Assembly: GCA_035250025.1 (NCBI GenBank)
Contig: DATFFO010000082.1
Location: forward strand, 1-59,394
Direction of reading: 5' to 3'
DNA: 59,394 nt
From: Acidimicrobiia bacterium
GTDB taxonomy: Bacteria > Actinomycetota > Acidimicrobiia > Spongiisociales > ZC4RG35
The notes beneath the pieces were generated by a model. It was not told the origin of the DNA and ran no database searches. It saw nothing but the letters and a program-made list of their open reading frames with translations. Both the position numbers and the translations under genes were made by a program. Positions 46,607 to 55,415 of this stretch are shown here, in pieces. How positions within the stretch are numbered: position 1 is the stretch's first letter; each line of letters begins with the position of its first letter.

Positions 46607-48019
46607 ATGAAGGCCACCATCGGGTTGATCGGCTTGGGGGTGATGGGGCGCAACCTGGCGCTCAATTTCGCCGACCACGGCGCCACCATCGCCGTGTACA
46701 ACCGGACCACCCGGGTCACCGAGGACTTCGTCGCAGCCGCAGGGCGTCCCGACGTCGTCGGAGCCGCCACCCTCGAGGAGTTGGTGGCGCAGCTGGAGCG
46801 CCCCCGACGCGTCGTCCTCATGGTCGCCGCCGGAGCCGCGGTGGACGCCGTCATCGGACAGCTCAACGTTCTCTTGGAGCCGGGCGACATCATCATCGAC
46901 GGCGGCAACTCGCTGTACACGGAGACCATGCAGCGGACGGCCGGCCTCGCCGAAGCCGGCATCCACTTCGTCGGATGTGGCATTTCCGGTGGTGAGGAAG
47001 GTGCCCGTCACGGGCCGTCCATGATGCCCGGCGGAGTCGCTGAAGCCTGGCCGCACATCGGAGAGCTCTTCCAGGCGGTGTCGGCCAAGGCGCCCGACGG
47101 GACCCCCTGCTGCGACTGGCTCGGTCCGGACGGGTCAGGGCACTACGTGAAGATGATCCACAACGGAATCGAGTACGGCGACATGCAGGTGATCGCCGAG
47201 GCCTATCACCTGATGCGCGACGGTCTCGGACTGGCCCACGACGAGATGGCAGGAATCTTCCGGGACTGGAACGATGGCGTCCTCGACTCGTACCTGATCC
47301 AGATCACGGCCGACATCCTCGGCCTCGAGGTCGACGGCGAACGACGCCTGGAGTCGATCCTCGACGCTGCCGGCCAGAAGGGAACCGGCAAGTGGACGGT
47401 CATATCTTCGATGGAGTTGGGCCAGCCCACGACCCTGGTGGCCGAGGCGGTCTACGCCCGGGTCGTCTCGGCCTTCAAGGAGCATCGGATGCAAGCGGCG
47501 CCGATCCTGAGTGGTCCCGAAGGGGAGGTGACTGAACCGGACGGCTTTGTAGAGGCTATCCGCCAGGCGCTGTATGCCTCGAAGATCGTCTCCTACGCCC
47601 AGGGCTTCATGCAGCTGCAGGCCGCCTCCGACGAGTATGGCTGGGACCTCGATCTGGGCCGGGTCGCCAAGCTGTGGAGGGCCGGCTGCATCATCCGCGC
47701 CCGCTTTCTCGACGACATCGCCGAAGCCTTCGGCCGGAATCCCTCCAACCTGCTGGTGGACGACTTCTTCCGCGCCGCCCTGGAAAACGCCCAGAACGGG
47801 TGGCGCCGGGTGGTGGCGACGGCGGTCGAGATCGGCATTCCCGTGCCCGCCTACTCGACGGCCCTGGCCTTCTACGACGCCTTTCGCACGGAGCGGCTCC
47901 CCGCCAACCTCATCCAGGCCCAGCGCGACTACTTCGGGGCGCACACCTACGAACGGGTCGACCGTCCCCGCGGCGAGCATTTCCATACCCTCTGGACCGA
48001 AGGCGGCGCCGAGGTCTAG
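46607..48019 (+). CDS. gnd: 6-phosphogluconate dehydrogenase, decarboxylating
   Basis: MKATIGLIGLGVMGRNLALN Rossmann motif, then GHYVKMIHNGIEYGDMQ and DYFGAHTYERVD. Confidence 0.93.
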   Translation: MKATIGLIGLGVMGRNLALNFADHGATIAVYNRTTRVTEDFVAAAGRPDVVGAATLEELVAQLERPRRVVLMVAAGAAVDAVIGQLNVLLEPGDIIIDGGNSLYTETMQRTAGLAEAGIHFVGCGISGGEEGARHGPSMMPGGVAEAWPHIGELFQAVSAKAPDGTPCCDWLGPDGSGHYVKMIHNGIEYGDMQVIAEAYHLMRDGLGLAHDEMAGIFRDWNDGVLDSYLIQITADILGLEVDGERRLESILDAAGQKGTGKWTVISSMELGQPTTLVAEAVYARVVSAFKEHRMQAAPILSGPEGEVTEPDGFVEAIRQALYASKIVSYAQGFMQLQAASDEYGWDLDLGRVAKLWRAGCIIRARFLDDIAEAFGRNPSNLLVDDFFRAALENAQNGWRRVVATAVEIGIPVPAYSTALAFYDAFRTERLPANLIQAQRDYFGAHTYERVDRPRGEHFHTLWTEGGAEV

Positions 48020-48094
48020 CCCATCGGTTGAGAGTGCCTGCGCCCACAAAGGGTGTCGTCGTTTGCACGCTCAACGAAAGCCCACGCGAGGGTG

Positions 48095-49291
48095 TCAGAG
48101 CGGGGGGAGGCCGGGGACCGGGATCTCCTCGCCGGCGTCGACGTCGGAGCGACGCAGGCCCAACAGGAAGAGGATGGCGTCCAGGTAGGGGACGTTGAGG
48201 GCGGTGTCGGCGGCATCGCGCACGGCGGTGCGGGCGTTGAACGCGATCCCCAGGCCGGCGGCGGCCAGCATGTCCAGATCGTTGGCACCGTCCCCCACGG
48301 CCACGACCTGGTCGAGGGGGATGCCCTCGCGCTCGGCGATCTCCCGCAGGACGCGGGCCTTGCCGGGGCGATCGACGATGTCGCCGACCAGCCTTCCCGT
48401 CAGGCGCCCGTCGACGACTTCCAGGGTGTTGGCGACGGCGTGGTCGACACCCAGATCCTCGGCCAGGCGCCGGGTGATGACGGTGAAGCCCCCCGAGACG
48501 ATGGCGATGCGCATCCCGAACCGGCGCAAGGTGCGGATCAGGGTCCGGGCCCCGGGTGTCAGCCGGAGCCGCTCCCCCACCGCCTCGACGACGGAGAGGT
48601 CGAGCCCTTCCAGAAGGGCCACGCGCTGTCGCAGCGCCTCGGCGAACTCGATCTCTCCTTCCATCGCCCGGGCGGTGATCCGCGCCACCTCGTCCAGGAC
48701 ACCGGCCTCGGAGGCCAGGACGTCGATCACCTCGTCCTGGATGAGGGTGGAGTCGACGTCGATCACGATCAGGCGTTTCATCCTCCGCTCCAGCCGCTCC
48801 TCCTGCACGGCGACGTCGAAACGGTGGGTGGCCGCCGCCATCGTGAGGTTCTGGCGGAGTGTGTCGAAGTCGCCGCCGCCGACGATGAGTTCGTACGACA
48901 CGACGGGGTAGCGCGACAGCCGGACTATTCGGTCGATGTTCCCCCCCGCCCCGGCGATGGCCCTGGCCGCCTCCCCGAATGCGTCCGGATCGATCGTGGT
49001 CCCGACGATTGTCACGGCGGCGGTCGGGTGCGTCTCCTCAGGCGCCTCGTCGACCACTTCGAAGTCGATCTGCAAACCCGATTCCCATCCGAAGAAGAGC
49101 AGGTCCTTCAACGTGGACCTGCTCTCGTCGGCCGCGAAAAGGATGTCGAGCGTCAGTCGGCCGCGTACCACCACCTGCTGGACGTCGTAGAGGTCGGCCC
49201 CTGAGGCGGCGAGGACGCCCATCAGACCGGCGGTGATCCCGGGTCGGTCGATTCCGTGAACCCGGCAGAGAACGGTGGAGGGGTTGGTCAC
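48095..49291 (-). CDS. serB: phosphoserine phosphatase with two N-terminal ACT-like domains
   Basis: GTG 49291. HAD motifs are IDVDSTLIQDE, VSGGF and GDGANDLDM. The 818-aa ORF-track version runs into the upstream permease gene in another frame and is rejected. Confidence 0.88.
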   Translation of the reverse strand: MTNPSTVLCRVHGIDRPGITAGLMGVLAASGADLYDVQQVVVRGRLTLDILFAADESRSTLKDLLFFGWESGLQIDFEVVDEAPEETHPTAAVTIVGTTIDPDAFGEAARAIAGAGGNIDRIVRLSRYPVVSYELIVGGGDFDTLRQNLTMAAATHRFDVAVQEERLERRMKRLIVIDVDSTLIQDEVIDVLASEAGVLDEVARITARAMEGEIEFAEALRQRVALLEGLDLSVVEAVGERLRLTPGARTLIRTLRRFGMRIAIVSGGFTVITRRLAEDLGVDHAVANTLEVVDGRLTGRLVGDIVDRPGKARVLREIAEREGIPLDQVVAVGDGANDLDMLAAAGLGIAFNARTAVRDAADTALNVPYLDAILFLLGLRRSDVDAGEEIPVPGLPPL

Positions 49292-49332
49292 GCCGCCAGT
49301 CTGCCCGTCGCCGCCCTGCCCACCAAGGCGGG

Positions 49333-51885
49333 CTATTCGTAGGCGATGGCCGCCAGCACATCCATCCGGGCCGCCCTGCGCGCCGGGATGACCGCTGCCA
49401 CGACGCCTGCCACGAGCGCCCCGATGATCCCCGCTCCGATCCATTCCCAGGGCACCCCGAAACGGACGCCCTGTCCGACCACTCCGACCGAGAGGGCCCA
49501 GCCGCAGAAGAGGCCCAGCGTGATGCCGAGCAGCGTCCCGAAGACGGCGATGAGGACCGACTCGAAGCGGATCATCCCCCGCACCTGGCGCCGGGTCATC
49601 CCCACCGCCCTGAGGAGGCCGGTCTCCCGGGTCCGTTCGTACACCGCCAGGTAAAGCGTGAGAACGATGCCTACCACGGCCACCGCCACCGACATCAACA
49701 GCAGGCCCGCCACCATGCCGACCACCGCCGCCAGCCCGGCGCGTACCTGGCCGACCAGGTCGGCGATAGTGGTGACCGCCACCCCGGGGAAGTCTTCCAC
49801 GGCGGTCGAGATCCGGTCGGCAGCTTGTTCGGGGTCGGACCCCTCGGCCAGGCCGATAGCGAGCGAGATGTCGCGGGGAGCGTCCTGCATCTCCCGGATG
49901 GCCTGGTAGGCCAGGTAATAGGAAGACGAGTCCGAGACCTCTCCGCTGAAGTCGAAGATCGCCACGACCTCGACCGGATAAGAGGCGCCGTCGATGGTCA
50001 GGTCGAGGGTATCGCCCAACGAGATCCCCTGGCTGTCGGCCTCGATCCGCTGGATGGCGAGCGTGTTCGGGACGAGGTCGGCGAAACTGCCCTCGACCTG
50101 GTCGAAGGCAATCGCCAGTTCGACGGTCTCCGGCTCGATGCCGACGGCCAATGTCGACCCCCCTCCCGACGGCAACTCGACCTGGATCATGTTGAGGCGC
50201 GCCACCTCGGCCACTCCGTCGACAGCCGCCACCTCGTCGGCGACCTCGATCGGTATCCCCGCCAGGGCATCGAAGCCGCCGGCCTGGACGAGGACCTCGG
50301 CGGTGAAAGCATCCTCGATCGCATCGAGAATCGTGTCTTCCACCGAGCGGGAGAGCACGGCCACGGTGGCCACGAGGCCCAGGCCGATCATGAGGGCGGT
50401 GGCCGTCACCGCAGTCCGGCGCGGGGTGCGACGGGCGTTCTCCCGGCCGAGGGAGGCGGCAGTCGAGCGGGCGCCACCCCCCAGGAGGCCGAGTACGGGC
50501 CGCACCAGCGCCCTGGCGAGCAGGAAGAAGGCGGCGAAGGCGACCAGGCATCCGACCCCGATCAGGACCAGGGGACCCGTGTTGCCGGTCAGCGCCGCCT
50601 CGTCATACGCCTGGGTCACACCGACGACAACCATCGCGATCGACCCGGCCAGCAGGAGAAGCCCCATCCAGGCCCACCACCGCCGGATCCTGCGCAGCTC
50701 GGGTTGATCCCGGAGCGCCTCCATGGGGCTGATCCGGGTCGTGCGGAGGGCGGGGAGCAACGCCGACAGGAGCGTCGTGATGACGCCGACGACCAGTCCC
50801 ACCACCACGGTGCGGGGGGCGAGAACGAGGCCGGCGTCCGGGAGCTCGGTGCCGATGGCGGCCAGGAGAGCCCGGATCCCTACGGCCAGCCCCAACCCCG
50901 CCCCCAGACCGATGAGAGACGCCAGGAACCCGACCGTTAGCGCCTCGACCAGGACCGACCACATGAGCTGGCGTCGGGTCGTCCCCAGGACGCGCATGAG
51001 GGCGAGCTCCCGGCCCCGTTGTGCAACGACCACCCGGAAGGCGTTGTAGACCACGAAGGAGCCAACGAGAAGGGCGATGGCCCCGAATACGAGCAGGAAT
51101 GTGTTGAAGAACCCGATCCCCTCCTGGAGTTGGGCCGCCTGGTCCTCGGCGGCGGCGCGGGAGTCCAGCGCTTCGACATCCTCCGGGAGGACGGCGTTGA
51201 TCGAGGCGATCACGGCGGCGAGGTCGGCTCCGTCCTCCACCACCACATCGATGGAGTTCACCTTGTTGGGGAGCATGAGCAGTTCGGCCGCACGCTCGGG
51301 GGTGAAGCCGAGGAAGGTGGCACCGAAGCCGGAGCCGCCGGTCCCGAAACCGAACGTGCCCACCACTTCGAAGCTCTCCGCCCGCGACGGCCCCGCCACC
51401 ATGACCGTGTCACCGATGGAGATGCCCCGGTTGGCGGCGCTGGCCGAGTCGACCACGACCTCGTCCGAACCGCCGGGGGCTGAACCGCCGTCGATCTCGA
51501 AGTACCCGCTCCCCGACCAGCTCATGCCCAGATCGGGCGGCCCGAACGGCGGCCGTTCCTCGCCTTCCACCACCAGCGTGACGAAGGACTGGATGAACGG
51601 GAAAACGGACTCGACACCGTCGATCGCCGCCACCTCATCGACCAGGCCGGCATCGATGCGAGTGAATGCCTCTCCTCCGGGCGACGTCTCGGGCTCCTCG
51701 GCGGATTGGACCACGATGTCGATGCCCTCCGCCCCGGCGGCGAACGCCTGGTCGAAAGCTGCGCTGAGCGAATCGGTGAAGACGTAGGAGGCGGTGACGA
51801 AGCCGACCCCGGCCACGATCGCCAGGCCCAGGAGGACGGTGCGCAGCTTGTGGTCCGCCAGATTGCGGAAGGCGACGCGCAACAT
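49333..51885 (-). CDS. ABC transporter permease with two FtsX/MacB-type modules
   Basis: 850 aa. It starts MLRVAFRNLADHKLRT, which is typical of FtsX-family permeases, and has two 4-TM modules with large extracytoplasmic loops. The start overlaps the ATPase stop by 1 nt. Confidence 0.88.
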   Translation of the reverse strand: MLRVAFRNLADHKLRTVLLGLAIVAGVGFVTASYVFTDSLSAAFDQAFAAGAEGIDIVVQSAEEPETSPGGEAFTRIDAGLVDEVAAIDGVESVFPFIQSFVTLVVEGEERPPFGPPDLGMSWSGSGYFEIDGGSAPGGSDEVVVDSASAANRGISIGDTVMVAGPSRAESFEVVGTFGFGTGGSGFGATFLGFTPERAAELLMLPNKVNSIDVVVEDGADLAAVIASINAVLPEDVEALDSRAAAEDQAAQLQEGIGFFNTFLLVFGAIALLVGSFVVYNAFRVVVAQRGRELALMRVLGTTRRQLMWSVLVEALTVGFLASLIGLGAGLGLAVGIRALLAAIGTELPDAGLVLAPRTVVVGLVVGVITTLLSALLPALRTTRISPMEALRDQPELRRIRRWWAWMGLLLLAGSIAMVVVGVTQAYDEAALTGNTGPLVLIGVGCLVAFAAFFLLARALVRPVLGLLGGGARSTAASLGRENARRTPRRTAVTATALMIGLGLVATVAVLSRSVEDTILDAIEDAFTAEVLVQAGGFDALAGIPIEVADEVAAVDGVAEVARLNMIQVELPSGGGSTLAVGIEPETVELAIAFDQVEGSFADLVPNTLAIQRIEADSQGISLGDTLDLTIDGASYPVEVVAIFDFSGEVSDSSSYYLAYQAIREMQDAPRDISLAIGLAEGSDPEQAADRISTAVEDFPGVAVTTIADLVGQVRAGLAAVVGMVAGLLLMSVAVAVVGIVLTLYLAVYERTRETGLLRAVGMTRRQVRGMIRFESVLIAVFGTLLGITLGLFCGWALSVGVVGQGVRFGVPWEWIGAGIIGALVAGVVAAVIPARRAARMDVLAAIAYE

Positions 51886-52610
51886 CAGGTTTCGAGTTCC
51901 TTGAGCCGGTCGAAGATCGACTCGACCGACGGCTCCCGCAACTCCGAGACGACACTCCCGTCGCGCAGGAACACGACGCGGTCGCTGTACACGGCGGCGG
52001 ACGGGTCGTGAGTGACCATCACGATGGTCTGGCCGAACTCGTCCACGGCATGGCGGAGAAACGTGAGCAACTCGGCGGCGGACTTGGTGTCGAGGTTCCC
52101 CGACGGCTCATCGGCGAAGACGATCTCCGGACGACGGACCAGTGCCCGGGCGGCGGCCACCCGCTGCTGTTGACCGCCGGAGAGCTCGCTGGGCCTGTGC
52201 TCGAGCCGATCCTCGAGCCCCAGGATCCCGATCACCTCACGGCGCCAGTCGGGATCGATGTCGGCTCGGGCGATGCGGGCGGGGAGATCGATGTTTTCCG
52301 CCGCCGACAACGTCGGGATCAGGTTGAACGCCTGGAACACAAACCCGACCCGGTCCCGTCGCAGCCGCGTCAACTCATCGTCGGAAAGGGTTCCGAGATC
52401 GGTCTCGCCCAACAGCACCCGGCCGGAGGTGAGACGGTCGAGGCCGGCGAGACAATGCATCAGCGTCGACTTTCCCGAGCCCGACGGTCCCATGATCGAT
52501 GTCAAGCGGCCGGTCTCGAGCTCCAGATCGACGTCATCGAGGGCCGTGACCGAGGCATCCCCCATGCCGTACACCTTCGTAGCCTGTTCGGCCCGGGCCG
52601 CGACCGCCAT
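51885..52610 (-). CDS. ABC transporter ATP-binding protein (MacB/LolD-like)
   Basis: ATG 52610. Motifs are GPSGSGKST, LSGGQQQR and IVFADEPSGNLD. Confidence 0.9.
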   Translation of the reverse strand: MAVAARAEQATKVYGMGDASVTALDDVDLELETGRLTSIMGPSGSGKSTLMHCLAGLDRLTSGRVLLGETDLGTLSDDELTRLRRDRVGFVFQAFNLIPTLSAAENIDLPARIARADIDPDWRREVIGILGLEDRLEHRPSELSGGQQQRVAAARALVRRPEIVFADEPSGNLDTKSAAELLTFLRHAVDEFGQTIVMVTHDPSAAVYSDRVVFLRDGSVVSELREPSVESIFDRLKELET

Positions 52611-52734
52611 AGCGAATACCTCTCTCGTCAGGTGAAGTCGAACGGTCAAGTCAAGCACCACCCGCGCGATCAGAGAAGCTGTGGCTTCCTATAACCACGA
52701 CCCCCGCTACATTCTCTACCAGAGGGCGTAGGGA

Positions 52735-54003
52735 GTGACGGAAATGGCATGGCAGAGACGGAGCAGGCTGCGGCATCGCCTGGTCGTCGTGATGGCCGGC
52801 CTTCTCGTGATGCTCGTGGTCGCAACTCCGGCAATGGCGGCCGAAATCGAGGTCGAGCCCTCCCCGGTGTCACCGGGCGAGTTCGTGACGGTCGAGGGCG
52901 AGGACTTCCCGCTGCTGGCGCTCGTAACCATCGCCATGGAGGACACGCCCGTAACCACGGTCCTGGCGGACGACGATGGCGAATTCGAAGTCTCGTTCCA
53001 GATTCCTGAAGATGCCGCCTCTGGTCAGAACACGGTGACAGCCACCGGACTGCTGGGAGGATTCGCCTCCCAGCAAATAGTCGTCACCGGCTCCGATGAC
53101 ACCACGACCACAACGAGCACGACGACCATTCCGACGACCACGACCACAACGACGATTCCGACGACCACGACCACGACGCTTCCGACCACCACAACGATTC
53201 CGACGACCACGACCACGACCCTTCCGACCACCACAACGACCACGATCGCGACCACGACTACTACTCCCCCGACAACCACTACGGGCCCACCTACGACCAC
53301 CGCCACCACCACCACGCCGCCTTCCACGACCACGACCACCACCCCGTTCCCGGTCACACCGGAAGAGTCCACGACCACCACGATCGACCCTTCCTCGACG
53401 ACCACGACCAGCGGGCCCGACGACACCTCGTCGACGACAACTACCTTGCCGGCGGTTACGACAGCGATCACGCTGCCGTTCACAGACGAGGGCTCGGGTT
53501 TCGGAGCTGGGGGGCAAGCGGATGGCGACGCCCACGAGATTGGCCGGTCACAGCTCACGGTCGGCCATTTCACCATAGATCCAGGATCGGGCCCGCCCGG
53601 GTCCGTCGTGGAGTTCACCCTTGCGCTGAATCAGGCCATCCCCGGTCTCGACAGCGTCGAACTGGCGATCGCCGGGAGAGCTCTGGGCGATCCGGTGGAC
53701 GTCGTCAGCGGCAACGCCACGGTGGAGCGCACCGTGCCGAATCTCGATCCAGGTCTTTATGACGTCGCCGTCTCCCAGGACGGCCTGACCCTGGCCACGG
53801 CCCCCTTCGAAGTCACGGCATTGCAGGCCGCCATGGCGGGTCAGACGCCACCCGAGGTGTGGCTCGCCATCCCCCTCGTGGTTGTGATCCTCGCCCTCGC
53901 CTGGAGGACATTCCAGGACGTTCGATCCGGTCTGCCCCCCGCCCAGCGGCTGGGCCCGGTGTCGGCATGGCGGGTGCGCCGCGGGCGGCGTCCGGTTGGA
54001 TGA
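52735..54003 (+). CDS. secreted, membrane-anchored protein with two Ig-like domains separated by a poly-Thr mucin-like linker
   Basis: Signal peptide LVVVMAGLLVMLVVATPAMAAE, a ~110-aa Thr/Pro-rich run, a C-terminal TM WLAIPLVVVILALAW and an Arg-rich tail. Confidence 0.75.
   Translation: MTEMAWQRRSRLRHRLVVVMAGLLVMLVVATPAMAAEIEVEPSPVSPGEFVTVEGEDFPLLALVTIAMEDTPVTTVLADDDGEFEVSFQIPEDAASGQNTVTATGLLGGFASQQIVVTGSDDTTTTTSTTTIPTTTTTTTIPTTTTTTLPTTTTIPTTTTTTLPTTTTTTIATTTTTPPTTTTGPPTTTATTTTPPSTTTTTTPFPVTPEESTTTTIDPSSTTTTSGPDDTSSTTTTLPAVTTAITLPFTDEGSGFGAGGQADGDAHEIGRSQLTVGHFTIDPGSGPPGSVVEFTLALNQAIPGLDSVELAIAGRALGDPVDVVSGNATVERTVPNLDPGLYDVAVSQDGLTLATAPFEVTALQAAMAGQTPPEVWLAIPLVVVILALAWRTFQDVRSGLPPAQRLGPVSAWRVRRGRRPVG
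53101..53445 (+). repeat. imperfect in-frame tandem repeats encoding (I/L)PTTTTTT units
   Basis: Recurrent ATTCCGACGACCACGACCAC(A/G)ACG... blocks lie inside the CDS. Confidence 0.8.
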
Positions 54004-54050
54004 GGTCAGCGCGTGCCGCCGGGGCCGCTCGGTCTCGTTAGCGTGGTCGC

Positions 54051-54425
54051 GTGGTCGTTGAGTACCCCACGGTCGGCCTGGCATACACGGTGCGGGTCAC
54101 AGTCACGTCCGAGATGAGCCCCGCCCACCTGGCCCCCGTTGTGGTCTTGGCCACTCCCGAGATGATCTCGTTGATGGAGCAGGCGGCGACCACCGCCGTG
54201 CAGCCCCTGCTCGAAGCCGCCAACCAGACCACGGTGGGGACGCACGTCGACGTCTCTCACGAGTCGGCTGGGCGAGAAGGTGAAGAGGTCGAGGTCACCG
54301 CCGAGCTGGTGGCCGCCGCCGGGCCCCGTCTGACCTTCGAGGTGACGGCCCGTGTCGGCGAGCGCATCATCGGCCGGGGCACCCATCGCCGTCATATCGT
54401 CGACCGGTCGCGGTTCGGGGTGTGA
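54051..54425 (+). CDS. hotdog-fold thioesterase family protein
   Basis: 124 aa with the LATPEMISLMEQAA pattern seen in FlK-like thioesterases. There is a 4-nt overlap with the next gene. Confidence 0.68.
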   Translation: MVVEYPTVGLAYTVRVTVTSEMSPAHLAPVVVLATPEMISLMEQAATTAVQPLLEAANQTTVGTHVDVSHESAGREGEEVEVTAELVAAAGPRLTFEVTARVGERIIGRGTHRRHIVDRSRFGV

Positions 54426-55402
54426 CATCGAGCTTGTCGGTGGTCGTGCCGCTCTGGCAGGATCGCCCCGGCAGCGAGAATCTCGAAGTGGCCTCGCTCG
54501 CTTCCCAACTCGAGTACCGGCGAATTTGGATCGGCGAGATGGCGACCTACGACGCCTTCGCCCTCGCCACCGCCATCGGGAGGTCGGCGCCGTTCGACCT
54601 GACCATCGGCCCTCTGGCGGTCGGCGTCCGCACGGCGACGACGATGGCGATGGGCGTCGCCTCGGTGAGCGACCTGACAGGACGACCGGTCGCCGTCGCC
54701 ATCGGGGCCTCGTCGCCGGTCGTGGTTGCCCAGTGGCACGGGCGCCCCTGGCACCGGACCACTGCCCATATGGTTGAAACGGCGACCCTGCTCCGCGCCC
54801 TGCTCGACGGGGAGCGCTCGAGTCAGGACGGCGACCTCTCCTCCAGCCATGGATTCCGCCTCCGGCTGGCCGCTCCGGGAGCGCACGTGACGCTGGCGGC
54901 CTTCGGCGAGAGGAGCCTCGAGGCGGCTGTCCGCGTCGCCGACCGGATCGTGGTCAACATGGTCAGCGTCGCCGCCGTCCGGCGAATCGTCGATTCGGCG
55001 ACAGCCCTGGCTGAACGGGTGGGGGTCCCGAGACCGCCCGTGGCCGCCTGGCTCGTCGCCGCCGCGGATCCCACCCCCGAGGGCCGGGCTCAGATGGCCG
55101 CCGCCCGGGCGAGCTACCTCGCCGCGCCGGGCTACGCCGAGATCATCACTGAAGCCGGCTTCGGCGGACTCGTGGAGTACGCCCGGACCCGCCCCCACCC
55201 CCGGGAACTGGCGGCGGCAATTCCGCCCGGCCTCGACGAGGAGTTGGGTCTGGTCGGCCCGGGCGGGGCCCTGGCCGAGCGCGTATCGGCCTACTTCGAG
55301 GCGGGGGTTGACGAGATTTGCCTGGTGCCGGTGACGGCGGGAGACCCCGGCGGGCGCCGCACCATGGGAGCTCTGGCGGGCCATCCAGGTATGCGAGCCT
55401 GA
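54422..55402 (+). CDS. luciferase-like monooxygenase (LLM class, possibly F420-dependent) oxidoreductase
   Basis: 326 aa with a TIM-barrel LLM pattern (YRRIWIGEMATYDAF, the IVVNMVS region). Confidence 0.82.
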   Translation: MTSSLSVVVPLWQDRPGSENLEVASLASQLEYRRIWIGEMATYDAFALATAIGRSAPFDLTIGPLAVGVRTATTMAMGVASVSDLTGRPVAVAIGASSPVVVAQWHGRPWHRTTAHMVETATLLRALLDGERSSQDGDLSSSHGFRLRLAAPGAHVTLAAFGERSLEAAVRVADRIVVNMVSVAAVRRIVDSATALAERVGVPRPPVAAWLVAAADPTPEGRAQMAAARASYLAAPGYAEIITEAGFGGLVEYARTRPHPRELAAAIPPGLDEELGLVGPGGALAERVSAYFEAGVDEICLVPVTAGDPGGRRTMGALAGHPGMRA

Positions 55403-55415
55403 AGGAGCCGGTACG

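Noticed and set aside
48095-50551. 818-aa ORF suggesting a much longer SerB.
   Set aside because: Upstream of the GTG at 49291 the frame overlaps the 3' part of the FtsX permease gene (another frame, same strand). It encodes Arg/Gly/Pro-rich sequence, and SerB homology begins only at about VTNPSTVLCRVHG.
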